From positions 184-64,183 of the forward strand of contig CAMBZU010000007.1 in assembly GCA_945872355.1 (NCBI GenBank): a DNA stretch of 64,000 nucleotides. The letters run 5' to 3'. Below, piece after piece: positions 19,239 to 29,751 of the stretch. Positions within the stretch are counted from its first letter, which is position 1; each line of letters begins with the position of its first letter. Source of the DNA: Chitinophaga pinensis. Lineage in GTDB: Bacteria > Bacteroidota > Bacteroidia > UBA4408. A program made the position numbers and the translations under genes. The notes under the pieces are model-generated. The model was given only the letters and a program-made list of their open reading frames with translations, had not been told where the DNA came from and searched no databases.

Positions 19239-20450
19239 ATGAAAAACAAATTAGATCGCATAGAAGAAGCTATAGAAGAGATTAAGGCAGGTCGTGTGAT
19301 TATTGTGGTTGATGATGAAGATCGTGAAAATGAAGGTGATTTTTTAACCGCAGCACGCAGCATAACGCCAGAAATTATCAATTTTATGGCCACTCATGGA
19401 AGAGGGTTAATATGCGCTCCTTTGATTGAAGATCGTTGCGATCAGCTTAATTTGGAGTTAATGGTATCTAATAATAGCGCTGCTTACGAAACACCATTTA
19501 CTGTTTCTGTTGATTTAATTGGACATGGTTGTACCACTGGTATTTCGGCACAAGATAGAGCCAAAACTGTATTAGCTCTTATTAACCCAGAAATAAGACC
19601 CGAAGAATTAGGAAAACCAGGACATATATTTCCATTAAGAGCAAAGCGAGGCGGTGTTTTACGCAGGGCGGGCCATACCGAAGCAGCCATTGATTTTGCG
19701 CGTTTAGCTGGTTTTGAGCCTGCAGGAGTAATTGTAGAAATTATGAACGAAGATGGCACTATGGCGCGTTTGAATGATTTATTTATAATCGCCGAAAAGT
19801 TTAATCTTAAAATAGTTTCCATAGAAGACTTAATTAAGTATCGACTGGCTAATGAATCGCTTATAGAAAAAGAGGTTACAGTAAATATGCCAACCCAATG
19901 GGGCGATTTTAAATTGGTAGCTTACAAACAAAAAACTACCAATCAAGATCATTTAGCGCTTATAAAAGGAACATGGGAACCAGATGAAAATGTTTTGGTA
20001 CGTGTGCACTCCTCATGTTTAACTGGTGATATTTTTGGCTCTTGTAGGTGTGATTGTGGTCCGCAATTGCATGCTGCCATGACCATGGTTGAAAAAGAAG
20101 GAAAAGGCATTGTACTTTATATGAACCAAGAAGGACGCGGCATTGGACTATTAAACAAATTGAAAGCCTATAAATTGCAAGAAGAAGGACTCGACACTGT
20201 TGAAGCCAATTTACAGCTTGGCTTTGAAATGGACGAACGCGATTATGGCGTAGGAGCTCAAATACTTAGAGATTTAGGTGTTAGCAAAATTCGTTTAATG
20301 AGTAATAATCCCAAAAAAAGAGCAGGCTTAATAGGTTATGGGCTAGAAATAGTTGAAAATGTGCCTATTGAAATTGCCTCCAACGAACATAATAAATTCT
20401 ACTTAAAGACAAAAAAGGATAAACTAGGACACACACTAGATTTAAAATAG
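19239..20450 (+). CDS. ribBA: Bifunctional 3,4-dihydroxy-2-butanone-4-phosphate synthase / GTP cyclohydrolase II
   Basis: [10 protein letters not shown] and HTEAAIDF (RibB half); CRCDCG and NQEGRGIGL (RibA half). Confidence 0.95.
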   Translation: MKNKLDRIEEAIEEIKAGRVIIVVDDEDRENEGDFLTAARSITPEIINFMATHGRGLICAPLIEDRCDQLNLELMVSNNSAAYETPFTVSVDLIGHGCTTGISAQDRAKTVLALINPEIRPEELGKPGHIFPLRAKRGGVLRRAGHTEAAIDFARLAGFEPAGVIVEIMNEDGTMARLNDLFIIAEKFNLKIVSIEDLIKYRLANESLIEKEVTVNMPTQWGDFKLVAYKQKTTNQDHLALIKGTWEPDENVLVRVHSSCLTGDIFGSCRCDCGPQLHAAMTMVEKEGKGIVLYMNQEGRGIGLLNKLKAYKLQEEGLDTVEANLQLGFEMDERDYGVGAQILRDLGVSKIRLMSNNPKKRAGLIGYGLEIVENVPIEIASNEHNKFYLKTKKDKLGHTLDLK

Positions 20451-20491
20451 CGCTTTAAATAAAAAAGCTTTATCAAATGTTTGTTTTATTT

Positions 20492-21136
20492 TTATTGCAA
20501 TTGCAAGCCAGTATCAGTAATAGCTATTAGCTTTTGCTTATAAAGACTTCCTACAGCTTTCTTAAATGCCTTTTTGCTCATACTTAATTCACGATAAATA
20601 GTTTGAGGTTCGGTAAAATCTCCAATTGCTGCAAAGCCTTGGTGTTGTTTCAAATAATTTAAAACAACCTCAGTATCACTTTCAATGGCTTCAACACCTT
20701 GCTTTTGAATGACCACATCTACTTTGCCATTGGCACGTATTTCTTTTATAAATCCTTTGAACTGATCGCCTACATTTACTTTTTTAAAAATTTGATTGGT
20801 ATAAATTAAACCTTCAAATTCATTATCAATAATCACATTCGCGCCAAGTGCAGTAAAATGAGTGAGTAAAAGATCTACTTCTTGTCCTGCCTTTAAATTT
20901 GTGGTATCCTCGTTTATGTATTTTCTATACTTTTGAGTTGCAATAGGCCTTTCGGTTAATTCATCAACAATAATAGCTACAATATAACCTTTACCTTGCT
21001 CTACTTTTTTGCTCTGTTCACTAAATGGAAGCAGTAAATCCTTATCGGCACCTGTATCTAAAAACGCTCCAAAATTTGTTATTTCCTTTACTTTTAAATA
21101 AGCAAAGTCACCATACCTTAAGTTTTCTTGTTCCAT
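20492..21136 (-). CDS. S1-like RNA-binding protein (CvfB/YitL family)
   Basis: S1-like repeats (GDFAYLKVKEITNFGAFLD; FKGFIKEIRANGKVDV) plus a C-terminal winged-helix-like KKAFKKAVGSLYKQKLI. Confidence 0.7.
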   Translation of the reverse strand: MEQENLRYGDFAYLKVKEITNFGAFLDTGADKDLLLPFSEQSKKVEQGKGYIVAIIVDELTERPIATQKYRKYINEDTTNLKAGQEVDLLLTHFTALGANVIIDNEFEGLIYTNQIFKKVNVGDQFKGFIKEIRANGKVDVVIQKQGVEAIESDTEVVLNYLKQHQGFAAIGDFTEPQTIYRELSMSKKAFKKAVGSLYKQKLIAITDTGLQLQ

Positions 21137-21148
21137 TTTTTTATTGTA

Positions 21149-21997
21149 TCAATAATCGCTTGCTGTTTCGGGCAATTGCGCCAAGGCAATCGCTAACTGT
21201 TCGTCATTTGGAGCAACACCATGCCATTTGTGGCTTCCCATCATAAAGTCAACACCTGCACCCATAGCTGTTGCCATAATAATCATTACAGGTTTTCCTT
21301 TTCCAGTCATTGTTTTGGCTTTTTCTAAACCATTCACCACTTGTTCCATATTATTTCCATCTTCAATAGAAAGTACCGACCAACCGAATGCTTCAAACTT
21401 TTGCGATAGATTGCCTAGGCTTAATACTTGTTCGGTAGATCCATCAATTTGTTGTCCGTTATAATCAACAGTACAAATTAAATTATCTACTTTATTAGCT
21501 GGAGCAAAGAGCGCTGCTTCCCAAATTTGACCTTCTTGCAATTCGCCATCGCCATGTAAAGTGTAAACCAATTGCTTATCGCCATTCATTTTTTTTGCCA
21601 TGGCAGTGCCAATAGCAACACTCATTCCTTGCCCTAATGAACCGGATGCCATTCTTACGCCTGGCAAGTGTTCATGTGTTGTTGGATGACCTTGCAAACG
21701 TGAATTTAACTTTCTGAAAGTAGCCAATTCTGCAATTTCAAAGTACCCAGAACGCGCTAGAACACTATAAAAAACAGGAGAAATATGACCATTAGATAAA
21801 AAGAAAACATCTTGATCCTTTGCATCCATTTCAAAAGGGGAAGGTTGATGTTTCATTACTTTAAAGTATAGTGCTACTAAAAAATCGGTACATCCAAGCG
21901 AACCACCAGGATGACCAGAATTAACGGCATGAACCATTCTTACTATATCTCTTCTAACTTGAGTGCTAATATTTTCTAATTCTAAAATTGAGGGCAT
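21149..21997 (-). CDS. Transketolase, N-terminal (TPP-binding) subunit
   Basis: SGHPGGSLG, GHISP, GSLGQG and HGDGELQEGQIWEA motifs. The 282 aa length fits the split form. Confidence 0.9.
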   Translation of the reverse strand: MPSILELENISTQVRRDIVRMVHAVNSGHPGGSLGCTDFLVALYFKVMKHQPSPFEMDAKDQDVFFLSNGHISPVFYSVLARSGYFEIAELATFRKLNSRLQGHPTTHEHLPGVRMASGSLGQGMSVAIGTAMAKKMNGDKQLVYTLHGDGELQEGQIWEAALFAPANKVDNLICTVDYNGQQIDGSTEQVLSLGNLSQKFEAFGWSVLSIEDGNNMEQVVNGLEKAKTMTGKGKPVMIIMATAMGAGVDFMMGSHKWHGVAPNDEQLAIALAQLPETASDY

Positions 21998-22124
21998 AAT
22001 TAAAATTTTTGACGAAAGTAATGCAATTGCTTGTTTGATAAATGCTTGTTCATAAACTTTATTTATTGTTGAAAACTATGAAAACAGTATTATTTTTTAG
22101 CATGAATGCAGGGTTCAAAATGAG

Positions 22125-22132
22125 TATATTTG
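22125..22132 (+). promoter_or_regulatory. Bacteroidota -7 box (TATATTTG)
   Basis: TAnnTTTG match 59 nt upstream of the ychF ATG. Confidence 0.35.
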
Positions 22133-22190
22133 CCGATTATTATAAACTCAATTATTAACCAATTATCAATAAAATTAAAGCAGCTTTAGT

Positions 22191-23291
22191 ATGGGATTAC
22201 AATGTGGAATAGTAGGCTTACCGAATGTAGGAAAATCAACATTATTTAATTGCTTATCAAACGCTAAGGCGCAGGCAGCAAATTTTCCTTTTTGTACCAT
22301 TGAGCCCAATGTGGGTGTAATTACCGTGCCTGATGAACGATTAGCTGTATTAGAAAAATTAGTGAAACCAGAGCGCGTGTTACCCACAAATGTTGAAATT
22401 GTTGACATTGCAGGATTAGTAAAAGGCGCAAGTAAAGGCGAGGGTTTGGGCAACCAGTTTTTAGGAAATATTAGAGAAACAGATGCTATTTTGCATGTGT
22501 TACGTTGTTTTGATGACCCCAATGTAGTGCATGTTGACGGCCAAGTAAACCCCGTTCGTGATAAAGAAACCATTGACTATGAATTGATATTAAAAGACCT
22601 TGATTCTTTAGAAAAGAAATTGCAAAAAACAGAAAAAGCAGCAAAAGTTGGTACTGACAAGGATGCAAAAAAAGCGTTTGAAGTATTAAAAATATACAAG
22701 GAGCATTTAGAATCAGGCCAAGCAGCGCGGTCGGCACCGGTAAGTGAATTAGATAGAAAGCATATTGAAGATATTTATTTGTTAACAGCAAAACCAGTAA
22801 TGTATGTTTGTAATGTAGATGAAGCATCTGTAAAAACGGGCAATAAGCATGTTGACGCAGTGAAAGAATCAGTTAAAAACGAAAATGCCGAAGTAATTAT
22901 TATTACTGCAGCCATGGAAGCAGAAATAGCTGCCTTGGAGAGTTATGAAGACCGCCAATCATTCTTGCAAGATATTGGCTTAGAAGAGCCGGGGGTAAAT
23001 AAATTAATTAAATCGGCTTATAAATTATTAAACCTTTCAACCTATTTTACAGCAGGTGTTAAAGAAGTGCGCGCATGGACCATAACCACTGGCATGACAG
23101 CCCCGCAAGCAGCAGGAGTAATTCATACTGATTTTGAAAGAGGATTTATTAGAGCTGAAGTAATTGCTTATGATGATTTTGTGAAATATGGTTCAGAGGC
23201 TGCTTGCAGAGATAACGGAAAGTTAAGGGTTGAAGGTAAAGAATATGTTGTTGCAGATGGTGATGTAATGCATTTTAGATTTAATGTTTAA
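22191..23291 (+). CDS. ychF: Redox-regulated ribosome-binding ATPase YchF
   Basis: GIVGLPNVGKSTLFN P-loop and C-terminal TGS-like TDFERGFIRAEV. Confidence 0.95.
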   Translation: MGLQCGIVGLPNVGKSTLFNCLSNAKAQAANFPFCTIEPNVGVITVPDERLAVLEKLVKPERVLPTNVEIVDIAGLVKGASKGEGLGNQFLGNIRETDAILHVLRCFDDPNVVHVDGQVNPVRDKETIDYELILKDLDSLEKKLQKTEKAAKVGTDKDAKKAFEVLKIYKEHLESGQAARSAPVSELDRKHIEDIYLLTAKPVMYVCNVDEASVKTGNKHVDAVKESVKNENAEVIIITAAMEAEIAALESYEDRQSFLQDIGLEEPGVNKLIKSAYKLLNLSTYFTAGVKEVRAWTITTGMTAPQAAGVIHTDFERGFIRAEVIAYDDFVKYGSEAACRDNGKLRVEGKEYVVADGDVMHFRFNV

Positions 23292-23331
23292 CATTTCAAA
23301 AGCTTGGGATTTATAGTAAAATAATAAAATC

Positions 23332-25179
23332 ATGGCAGAAGCAAATTATAACGAAGACAGCATTAAAACCCTTGATTGGAAAGAACACATCCGATTAAGA
23401 CCAGGCATGTATATTGGTAAATTAGGCGATGGCTCTTCACAAGATGATGGAATTTATATCCTCTTAAAGGAAACCATAGATAACTGCATTGATGAGTATG
23501 TAATGGGCCATGGCAAAACCATTGAGATAACTATCAAAGAAAAAGTGGTGAAGGTGCGCGATTATGGCAGAGGGATACCTTTAGGTAAAGTTGTAGATGT
23601 TGTTTCAAAAATAAATACAGGTGCTAAATATGATAGTGAAGCTTTTAAAAAATCGGTAGGTTTAAATGGTGTTGGTACAAAGGCTGTGAATGCTTTGGCT
23701 TCGTATTTTAAAGTATCATCAGTTAGAGATGAAAAAATTAAAACTGCTGAGTTTGAGCGTGGTGTTTTAGTTAAAGATGATGCCATTGTTGAAAGTACTT
23801 TAAGAAAAGGAACACAGGTAGTTTTTATACCTGATGAAAAAATATTTGGCAACTTCCATTTTTTGATGGAATATGTAGAAAAAATGTGTTGGAATTACGT
23901 TTACCTCAATACAGGATTAACCATTTATTTAAACGGCAATAAGTTTTATTCTGAAAATGGTTTACATGATTTATTGAGTCAAAATTTAAGTGGCAATATC
24001 CTCTACCCTATTATACATCTTAAAGGAAACGACATAGAAGTTGCATTTACGCATGGCACACAATACGGTGAAGAATATTATTCATTTGTTAATGGTCAGC
24101 ATACTACGCAGGGAGGAACCCATCAAGGTTCGTTTAGAGAAGCAGTAGTTAAAACTATTAGAGAATTTTACAAAAAGGAGTTTGAAGCTGTTGATGTTCG
24201 TACTTCAATTGTTGCCGCCATCAGTATTAAAGTGCAAGAGCCAGTTTTTGAATCGCAAACAAAAACAAAACTTGGCTCACAAGTTATAGCGCCAGACGGG
24301 ATTGCAATTAGGACCTTTATCAATGATTTTGTGAAGGAGGCCTTAGACAACTTTTTACACAAAAATCCAGAAACAGCCGAATTACTTTTACATAAAATAG
24401 TACAAAGCGAAAAAGAGAGAAAAGAGCTTTCGGGTATCAGGAAATTGGCACGTGAAAGAGCTAAAAAAGCCAGTTTGCATAACAAAAAATTAAGAGATTG
24501 CCGTGTACATTTTAACAGCAACGATGAAAGAAGCTTAGACACAACTTTATTTATTTGCGAAGGAGATTCAGCGAGTGGAAGCATCACAAAAACAAGAGAT
24601 GTAAATACGCAAGCGGTATTCAGTTTAAAAGGAAAACCGCTCAATTGTTTTGGATTAACAAAAAAAATAGTTTACGAAAACGAAGAATTTAACCTTTTGC
24701 AAAGTGCCCTCAACATTGAAGATGGCATGGACGATTTGCGTTATAATAACATCGTATTAGCAACAGATGCCGATGTAGATGGCATGCATATTAGGTTGTT
24801 GTTGATTACCTTTTTCTTGCAATTTTTTCCTGATTTAGTAAAAAATGGACATCTTTATATTTTGCAAACTCCATTGTTTAGGGTTAGAAACAAAAAAGAA
24901 ACCATCTATTGCTATAGCAATGAAGAGCGCGTGAATGCAATTAATAAACTAGGCCCTAAGCCAGAAATTACGCGATTTAAAGGATTAGGAGAAATATCGC
25001 CTGATGAGTTTAAACATTTCATTGGAAAAGATATAAGACTTGACCCTGTAATTATTACAAAAGCAGTAATGCTTGAAGAAATGTTGCAGTTTTATATGGG
25101 CAAAAATACACCAGAAAGGCAAGACTTTATTATTGATCATTTAAAGATTGAAAAAGATATTGTTGCCGAAACTGTTTAA
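23332..25179 (+). CDS. parE: DNA topoisomerase IV subunit B (GyrB-family type IIA topoisomerase ATPase)
   Basis: GHKL ATPase ([29 protein letters not shown]) and Toprim ([20 protein letters not shown]). The 615 aa length fits Bacteroidota ParE rather than GyrB. Confidence 0.8.
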   Translation: MAEANYNEDSIKTLDWKEHIRLRPGMYIGKLGDGSSQDDGIYILLKETIDNCIDEYVMGHGKTIEITIKEKVVKVRDYGRGIPLGKVVDVVSKINTGAKYDSEAFKKSVGLNGVGTKAVNALASYFKVSSVRDEKIKTAEFERGVLVKDDAIVESTLRKGTQVVFIPDEKIFGNFHFLMEYVEKMCWNYVYLNTGLTIYLNGNKFYSENGLHDLLSQNLSGNILYPIIHLKGNDIEVAFTHGTQYGEEYYSFVNGQHTTQGGTHQGSFREAVVKTIREFYKKEFEAVDVRTSIVAAISIKVQEPVFESQTKTKLGSQVIAPDGIAIRTFINDFVKEALDNFLHKNPETAELLLHKIVQSEKERKELSGIRKLARERAKKASLHNKKLRDCRVHFNSNDERSLDTTLFICEGDSASGSITKTRDVNTQAVFSLKGKPLNCFGLTKKIVYENEEFNLLQSALNIEDGMDDLRYNNIVLATDADVDGMHIRLLLITFFLQFFPDLVKNGHLYILQTPLFRVRNKKETIYCYSNEERVNAINKLGPKPEITRFKGLGEISPDEFKHFIGKDIRLDPVIITKAVMLEEMLQFYMGKNTPERQDFIIDHLKIEKDIVAETV

Positions 25180-25216
25180 TTTAATGACCACCTAATAATT
25201 TCAATTCGTAATTAAT

Positions 25217-26353
25217 ATGAAGATTGGATTTGACGCCAAAAGGGCATTTAATAACAAGAGTGGATTAGGAAACTATTCAAGAAATTTGATACGTGGTATT
25301 ATAAAAAACAATCCAACAGAAGATTACTTTTTATTTAATTCTGAAAGCAGTAGATATAAACTTCATGATTTTCTTGAAAAAAAATCGAATATACATTTAA
25401 TTGAACCTCAAAGTTTTTGGGGCAAAGAATTTCCAGGTTGGTGGCGTTCTTATGGCATTACAAAAAATGCAAATCAAATTGATCTCGATATATATCATGG
25501 TTTGAGCAATGAGATTCCTTTGAACAGTGATAAGATGAAGGCAAAGAAATTGATTACTGTGCATGATTTAATTTTTATGCGTTACCCTGAATTTTACAAT
25601 GCAGGCGACCGTAAAATGTATACCATGAAAACTAAAAAATCATGCGCATTAGCCGATGGAATTATAGCTGTAAGTGAGCAAACAAAAAGTGACTTAATTG
25701 AATTTCTTGATGTCCCAGAAGAGAAAATACATGTAATTTACCAGACATGCGATGAGAATTTTTTTCATGATAATGAATATAGTACAAATGACAATTCGCC
25801 CGAAAAATTGTTACCCGATGAATACATTCTTTATGTGGGCACAGTTGAACAAAGAAAGAATTTACTAGCATTGGTTAAAGCCATACACGAATTAGACAAA
25901 TCGATGCAAGTAACTTTAATTGTTGTTGGAAAAGAAACTTCTTACGCCAAAGAGGTAAATAATTATGTAGAAAAATACGGTTTAGAAAAACGTGTAATTT
26001 TTATGAAAAGCGTTAATAATGCGCTCATGCCGCTTATTTATAAAAAAGCAAAAGCATTTATTTATCCTTCACTTTTTGAGGGTTTTGGAATACCAATCAT
26101 AGAAGCTTTAGCTTCAAAAGTGCCAGTTATAACTACCAGAGGAGGTTGTTTCCCAGAGGCAGCCGGACCTGGAAGTATTTTTGTGGACCCTGATAATGCT
26201 GATGAGTTAGCTGAAGCAATTAAATTGGTGTACACAAATGAAAATAAGCGCCAAGAAATGATTACAGCAGGCTATTCATACGTTCAACAATTTAGACCAG
26301 AAATTTGTGCGGACAATATGTTTAATCTTTATAAAAAAATATGCGCACTTTAG
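25217..26353 (+). CDS. Glycosyltransferase family 4
   Basis: C-terminal EX7E region SLFEGFGIPIIEALASKVPVI. Confidence 0.8.
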   Translation: MKIGFDAKRAFNNKSGLGNYSRNLIRGIIKNNPTEDYFLFNSESSRYKLHDFLEKKSNIHLIEPQSFWGKEFPGWWRSYGITKNANQIDLDIYHGLSNEIPLNSDKMKAKKLITVHDLIFMRYPEFYNAGDRKMYTMKTKKSCALADGIIAVSEQTKSDLIEFLDVPEEKIHVIYQTCDENFFHDNEYSTNDNSPEKLLPDEYILYVGTVEQRKNLLALVKAIHELDKSMQVTLIVVGKETSYAKEVNNYVEKYGLEKRVIFMKSVNNALMPLIYKKAKAFIYPSLFEGFGIPIIEALASKVPVITTRGGCFPEAAGPGSIFVDPDNADELAEAIKLVYTNENKRQEMITAGYSYVQQFRPEICADNMFNLYKKICAL

Positions 26354-26356
26354 AAG

Positions 26357-27772
26357 ATGGATTGCCTGCACCTCATTAAAAATCCAGTATTTAAAATTAT
26401 TGCCGCCACAGCACAAGAGTTGAAATTACCTTGTTATGTTGTTGGTGGATTTGTGCGTGACGCCATTATGGGTCGTGATTGCAAAGATATTGACTTTGTG
26501 GTTGTGGGTGATGGCACCTTACTTGCAAGCAAAGCTGCTGCAAAAATTGACAAGCATTTAAAGGTAAATATTTTTAAAACCTACGGCACTGCGATGTTTA
26601 AATATCAAGATTTAGATCTTGAATTTGTGGGTTCACGCATTGAATCTTATAGCCAACATTCGCGTAACCCCGAAGTTAAGCAGGGAACTTTACAAGATGA
26701 TCAAAATCGCAGAGATTTTACCATCAATGCCATGGCCATTAGTTTAAATGCAGCAAATTATGGTGCGCTTGTTGACCCTTTTGATGGTTTAAGTATGATT
26801 GCCGAAAAAAGAATTGTAACACCTTTAGATCCTACAATTACATTTAGCGATGATCCTTTAAGAATGATGCGCGCCATTAGGTTTGCCACCCAACTTAATT
26901 TTACCATTGATGCCAAATGTATTGAAGCCATAAAAAATAACAAAGACAGAATTAGTATTATTTCTAAAGAAAGAATTACTGATGAACTCAACAAAATAAT
27001 TTCCTCTCCTACTCCTTCTATTGGCTTTAAATTATTGTTTGATACCGGTTTACTTAAATTAATTTTTCCTTTAATGGCTAATTTATATGGTGTGGATATC
27101 ATCAAAGGAAAAGGCCATAAAGATAATTTTTATCATACCTTAGAAGTGTTAGACAATATTTGCAAAACAACAAACAATTTATGGCTCAGGTGGGCCGCTA
27201 TTTTGCATGATATTGCTAAACCGCATACTAAAAGATTTGAAGACGGCACAGGCTGGACTTTTCATGGCCATGAAGATAAAGGTGCGCGTTTGGTTCCAAA
27301 AATTTTTAATGAACTAAAATTGCCTTTGAATGAAAAAATGAAGTATGTGCAAAAATTAGTTTTACTTCATTTAAGACCCATTGTGCTATCTAAAGAAATT
27401 ATTACGGATAGCGCAATCAGAAGATTATTGTTTGAGGCTGGAAATGATATTGATGATTTAATGTTGTTATGTGAAGCTGATATTACAACTAAAAATGAAT
27501 ACAAAAAAGAAAAGCATTTAGCCAATTTTGAGTTGGTAAAAGTAAAATTAAGGGAAGTTGAAGAAAAAGACAATTTGCGAAATTGGCAACCGCCTATCAG
27601 TGGTGAAGATATTATGAAAATATTTGATCTGAAACCCTCGAAAGAAATTGGATTAATTAAAAATGCCATCCGAGAAGCTATTCTTGAAGGTGATATTGGC
27701 AATAATGTTGAAGAAGCACAAGCTTTTATGTACAATTATGCCAAGGGTTTGGGATTGGAGCCTATTGATTAG
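26357..27772 (+). CDS. cca: CCA tRNA nucleotidyltransferase / poly(A) polymerase family with HD domain
   Basis: VVGGFVRD...DIDFV nucleotidyltransferase head, RDFTINAMA, and HD region LHDIAKP. Confidence 0.85.
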   Translation: MDCLHLIKNPVFKIIAATAQELKLPCYVVGGFVRDAIMGRDCKDIDFVVVGDGTLLASKAAAKIDKHLKVNIFKTYGTAMFKYQDLDLEFVGSRIESYSQHSRNPEVKQGTLQDDQNRRDFTINAMAISLNAANYGALVDPFDGLSMIAEKRIVTPLDPTITFSDDPLRMMRAIRFATQLNFTIDAKCIEAIKNNKDRISIISKERITDELNKIISSPTPSIGFKLLFDTGLLKLIFPLMANLYGVDIIKGKGHKDNFYHTLEVLDNICKTTNNLWLRWAAILHDIAKPHTKRFEDGTGWTFHGHEDKGARLVPKIFNELKLPLNEKMKYVQKLVLLHLRPIVLSKEIITDSAIRRLLFEAGNDIDDLMLLCEADITTKNEYKKEKHLANFELVKVKLREVEEKDNLRNWQPPISGEDIMKIFDLKPSKEIGLIKNAIREAILEGDIGNNVEEAQAFMYNYAKGLGLEPID

Positions 27773-27795
27773 CTGATTAGCTAATTAGCTGATGG
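27767..27795. repeat. Octamer repeats RATTAGCT containing the 12-bp palindrome AGCTAATTAGCT
   Basis: gattagct gattagct aattagct gatgg overlaps the cca stop codon. The palindrome is at 27779-27790. Confidence 0.8.
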
Positions 27796-27974
27796 AAATT
27801 TGAAAATGAATTATTAAATTATTTCTTTGCGCTCACTGCGCTCCCTACCCGATGCTTCAGATCCTTTCTGATTTAACGAGCCTTGCTGCTATTAGAATCT
27901 ACACAATCTAGGAAAATAGTTTTAATCTGTGAATCTGTGGCAATATTAATTTAAGCAACCCACGATAATTGTTC

Positions 27975-28610
27975 TTATAATTTACTATAATACTTACACC
28001 AAGCGATTAGTGGGCAAATTTCGCATTTTGGGGTACGTGCCAAGCATACATATCTACCGTGCAAAATAAGCCAGTGATGCGCAATGGCTACTTGATGTGT
28101 GGGTATAAACTTCATTAATTGCTGCTCAGTTTGTAAAGGATTTTTTGCATTAGTTGTTAAGCCTAAACGCGCTGAAACTCGGAATACATGGGTATCTACC
28201 GCCATGCTGGGTTGATTGAATACTACAGAAGTAATTACATTAGCTGTCTTGCGACCTACGCCTGGCAAGCTTTGCAGCTCTTCTATGGTTGATGGTACTT
28301 CGCTATTAAATTTCTCGACCAGTAATTGCGCCATACCTTTTAAATGTTTGGCTTTGTTGTTGGGATATGAAATGCTTTTCATGTAAGAAAATATTTCATC
28401 AACACTTGCAGCAGCCATTGTTTCGGCATCAGGGAAATGTTTGAATAAAACAGGTGTAACCATATTCACACGTTTATCAGTACACTGTGCTGATAAAATA
28501 ACCGCCACTAATAATTCAAAGGAGTTATTATAAGTCAACTCTGTTTCAGCTTCGGGATGATGATGTTCGAAGTAATTTAAAATGTGTGTATAGCGTTCCT
28601 TTTTTGTCAT
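27975..28610 (-). CDS. nth: Endonuclease III
   Basis: HhH LPGVGRKTANV and Fe-S cluster loop CLARTPKCEICPLIAWC. Confidence 0.95.
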   Translation of the reverse strand: MTKKERYTHILNYFEHHHPEAETELTYNNSFELLVAVILSAQCTDKRVNMVTPVLFKHFPDAETMAAASVDEIFSYMKSISYPNNKAKHLKGMAQLLVEKFNSEVPSTIEELQSLPGVGRKTANVITSVVFNQPSMAVDTHVFRVSARLGLTTNAKNPLQTEQQLMKFIPTHQVAIAHHWLILHGRYVCLARTPKCEICPLIAWCKYYSKL

Positions 28611-28617
28611 GCTTTAC

Positions 28618-29682
28618 TTAATTTATATCTAATAAGAAGCGCATGGTATCAAAGCCATCTGCATATTCGTTCAAAGAAGGCTGTTGGCTATTTCCAAGAG
28701 GAATGGCTTGTGCTATTTTATTATCATTTGCAACAATACATTGCAGTAAATTTGTATTTTCTTTAAAGTGACTATTTAAACTATCAACATCAGTATAATA
28801 TTCGTAAAACAAAACAGCAATGGGTGAGCTCAAACTTTTATCTTCTTTAATAATCAAAAAATTATTATCCAACAATTTTTCATTACCCATTAAATAAACA
28901 GTTCTATTATACTCATAATTATTGCCATATTTATTGTGATTTACCATTTCAAAAAAGGGATAAATACCTTCAAAAAAAGCATTGAAATTATAACCTTCGG
29001 GCACATATAATTTTGAAACATTTCTACATCCTAAACCAAAATACCTGAAAATATCTTCCCCTAATTTTTCGAAATCCTGGGGCGTTTCATTCCCAGTTAA
29101 AACAGCTACTCCGTTTCTGTTGCTTCTTATGATGTGCGGCTTATCGCGAAAATAATACTCGAAATAACGGGCCGAATTATTGCTTCCTGTGCCAATGTAA
29201 GCATCCATATTTTTTAAAAATTGCTCACTAAATAAAATATCAGCTTTGGTTTCTGGCGCAATGGCAGCCAACACTTCCATTAAATGAGGAATTAATATTT
29301 GATCATCACTTGCCAGTTTTCCATTGAACTGATGCCCACTTAAAAACACACATAATAAATCATGAAAGCCCACCATAGGTATGTTTCCAGCCATAATTAC
29401 CCCAACTTTTTTAGGATCAATATTTTCTGAGATTTGATAATTTGCCAACCATTGATGTAAATTTTCTTGATTTAATTGATTGGCCCAATAGCCTAGTGCG
29501 TACATTATATTTTTTGGCGTAAACCAGGGATTTTTTCTTTCAGCATAAGCGATGGCGTGGCTAGTTTTTTCAAAATTTTCTTGAAACAAATCATAGCTGC
29601 TCAAGCTTTGTTTGCCATTAATATAATCTTTTAGATAATCGCCTAATTGAGATAATGCCTTTACTTTTTGTTGAAGTTTCAC
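28618..29682 (-). CDS. Acyl-CoA reductase (LuxC-like) family protein
   Basis: The size and general similarity fit the roughly 350-aa LuxC-like proteins annotated in Flavobacteriia. This assignment is from memory only. Confidence 0.5.
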   Translation of the reverse strand: MKLQQKVKALSQLGDYLKDYINGKQSLSSYDLFQENFEKTSHAIAYAERKNPWFTPKNIMYALGYWANQLNQENLHQWLANYQISENIDPKKVGVIMAGNIPMVGFHDLLCVFLSGHQFNGKLASDDQILIPHLMEVLAAIAPETKADILFSEQFLKNMDAYIGTGSNNSARYFEYYFRDKPHIIRSNRNGVAVLTGNETPQDFEKLGEDIFRYFGLGCRNVSKLYVPEGYNFNAFFEGIYPFFEMVNHNKYGNNYEYNRTVYLMGNEKLLDNNFLIIKEDKSLSSPIAVLFYEYYTDVDSLNSHFKENTNLLQCIVANDNKIAQAIPLGNSQQPSLNEYADGFDTMRFLLDIN

Positions 29683-29751
29683 TTTGCTATTTTAGAAGTG
29701 CAAAGGTGGGAAAAAAAGTTATTAATCTTTGATTATTTAGTTGACGCTAAA

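Noticed and set aside
22175-22573. Long antisense or overlapping ORFs inside well-supported genes (for example 22175..22573, 24168..24644, 27367..27735, 10722..11006, 40209..40589, 45770..46090, 52756..53076, 63076..63408).
   Set aside because: All lie opposite or out of frame within genes that have strong family signatures. Their translations are low-complexity (Ser/Leu/Phe/Cys-rich) and have no motifs.
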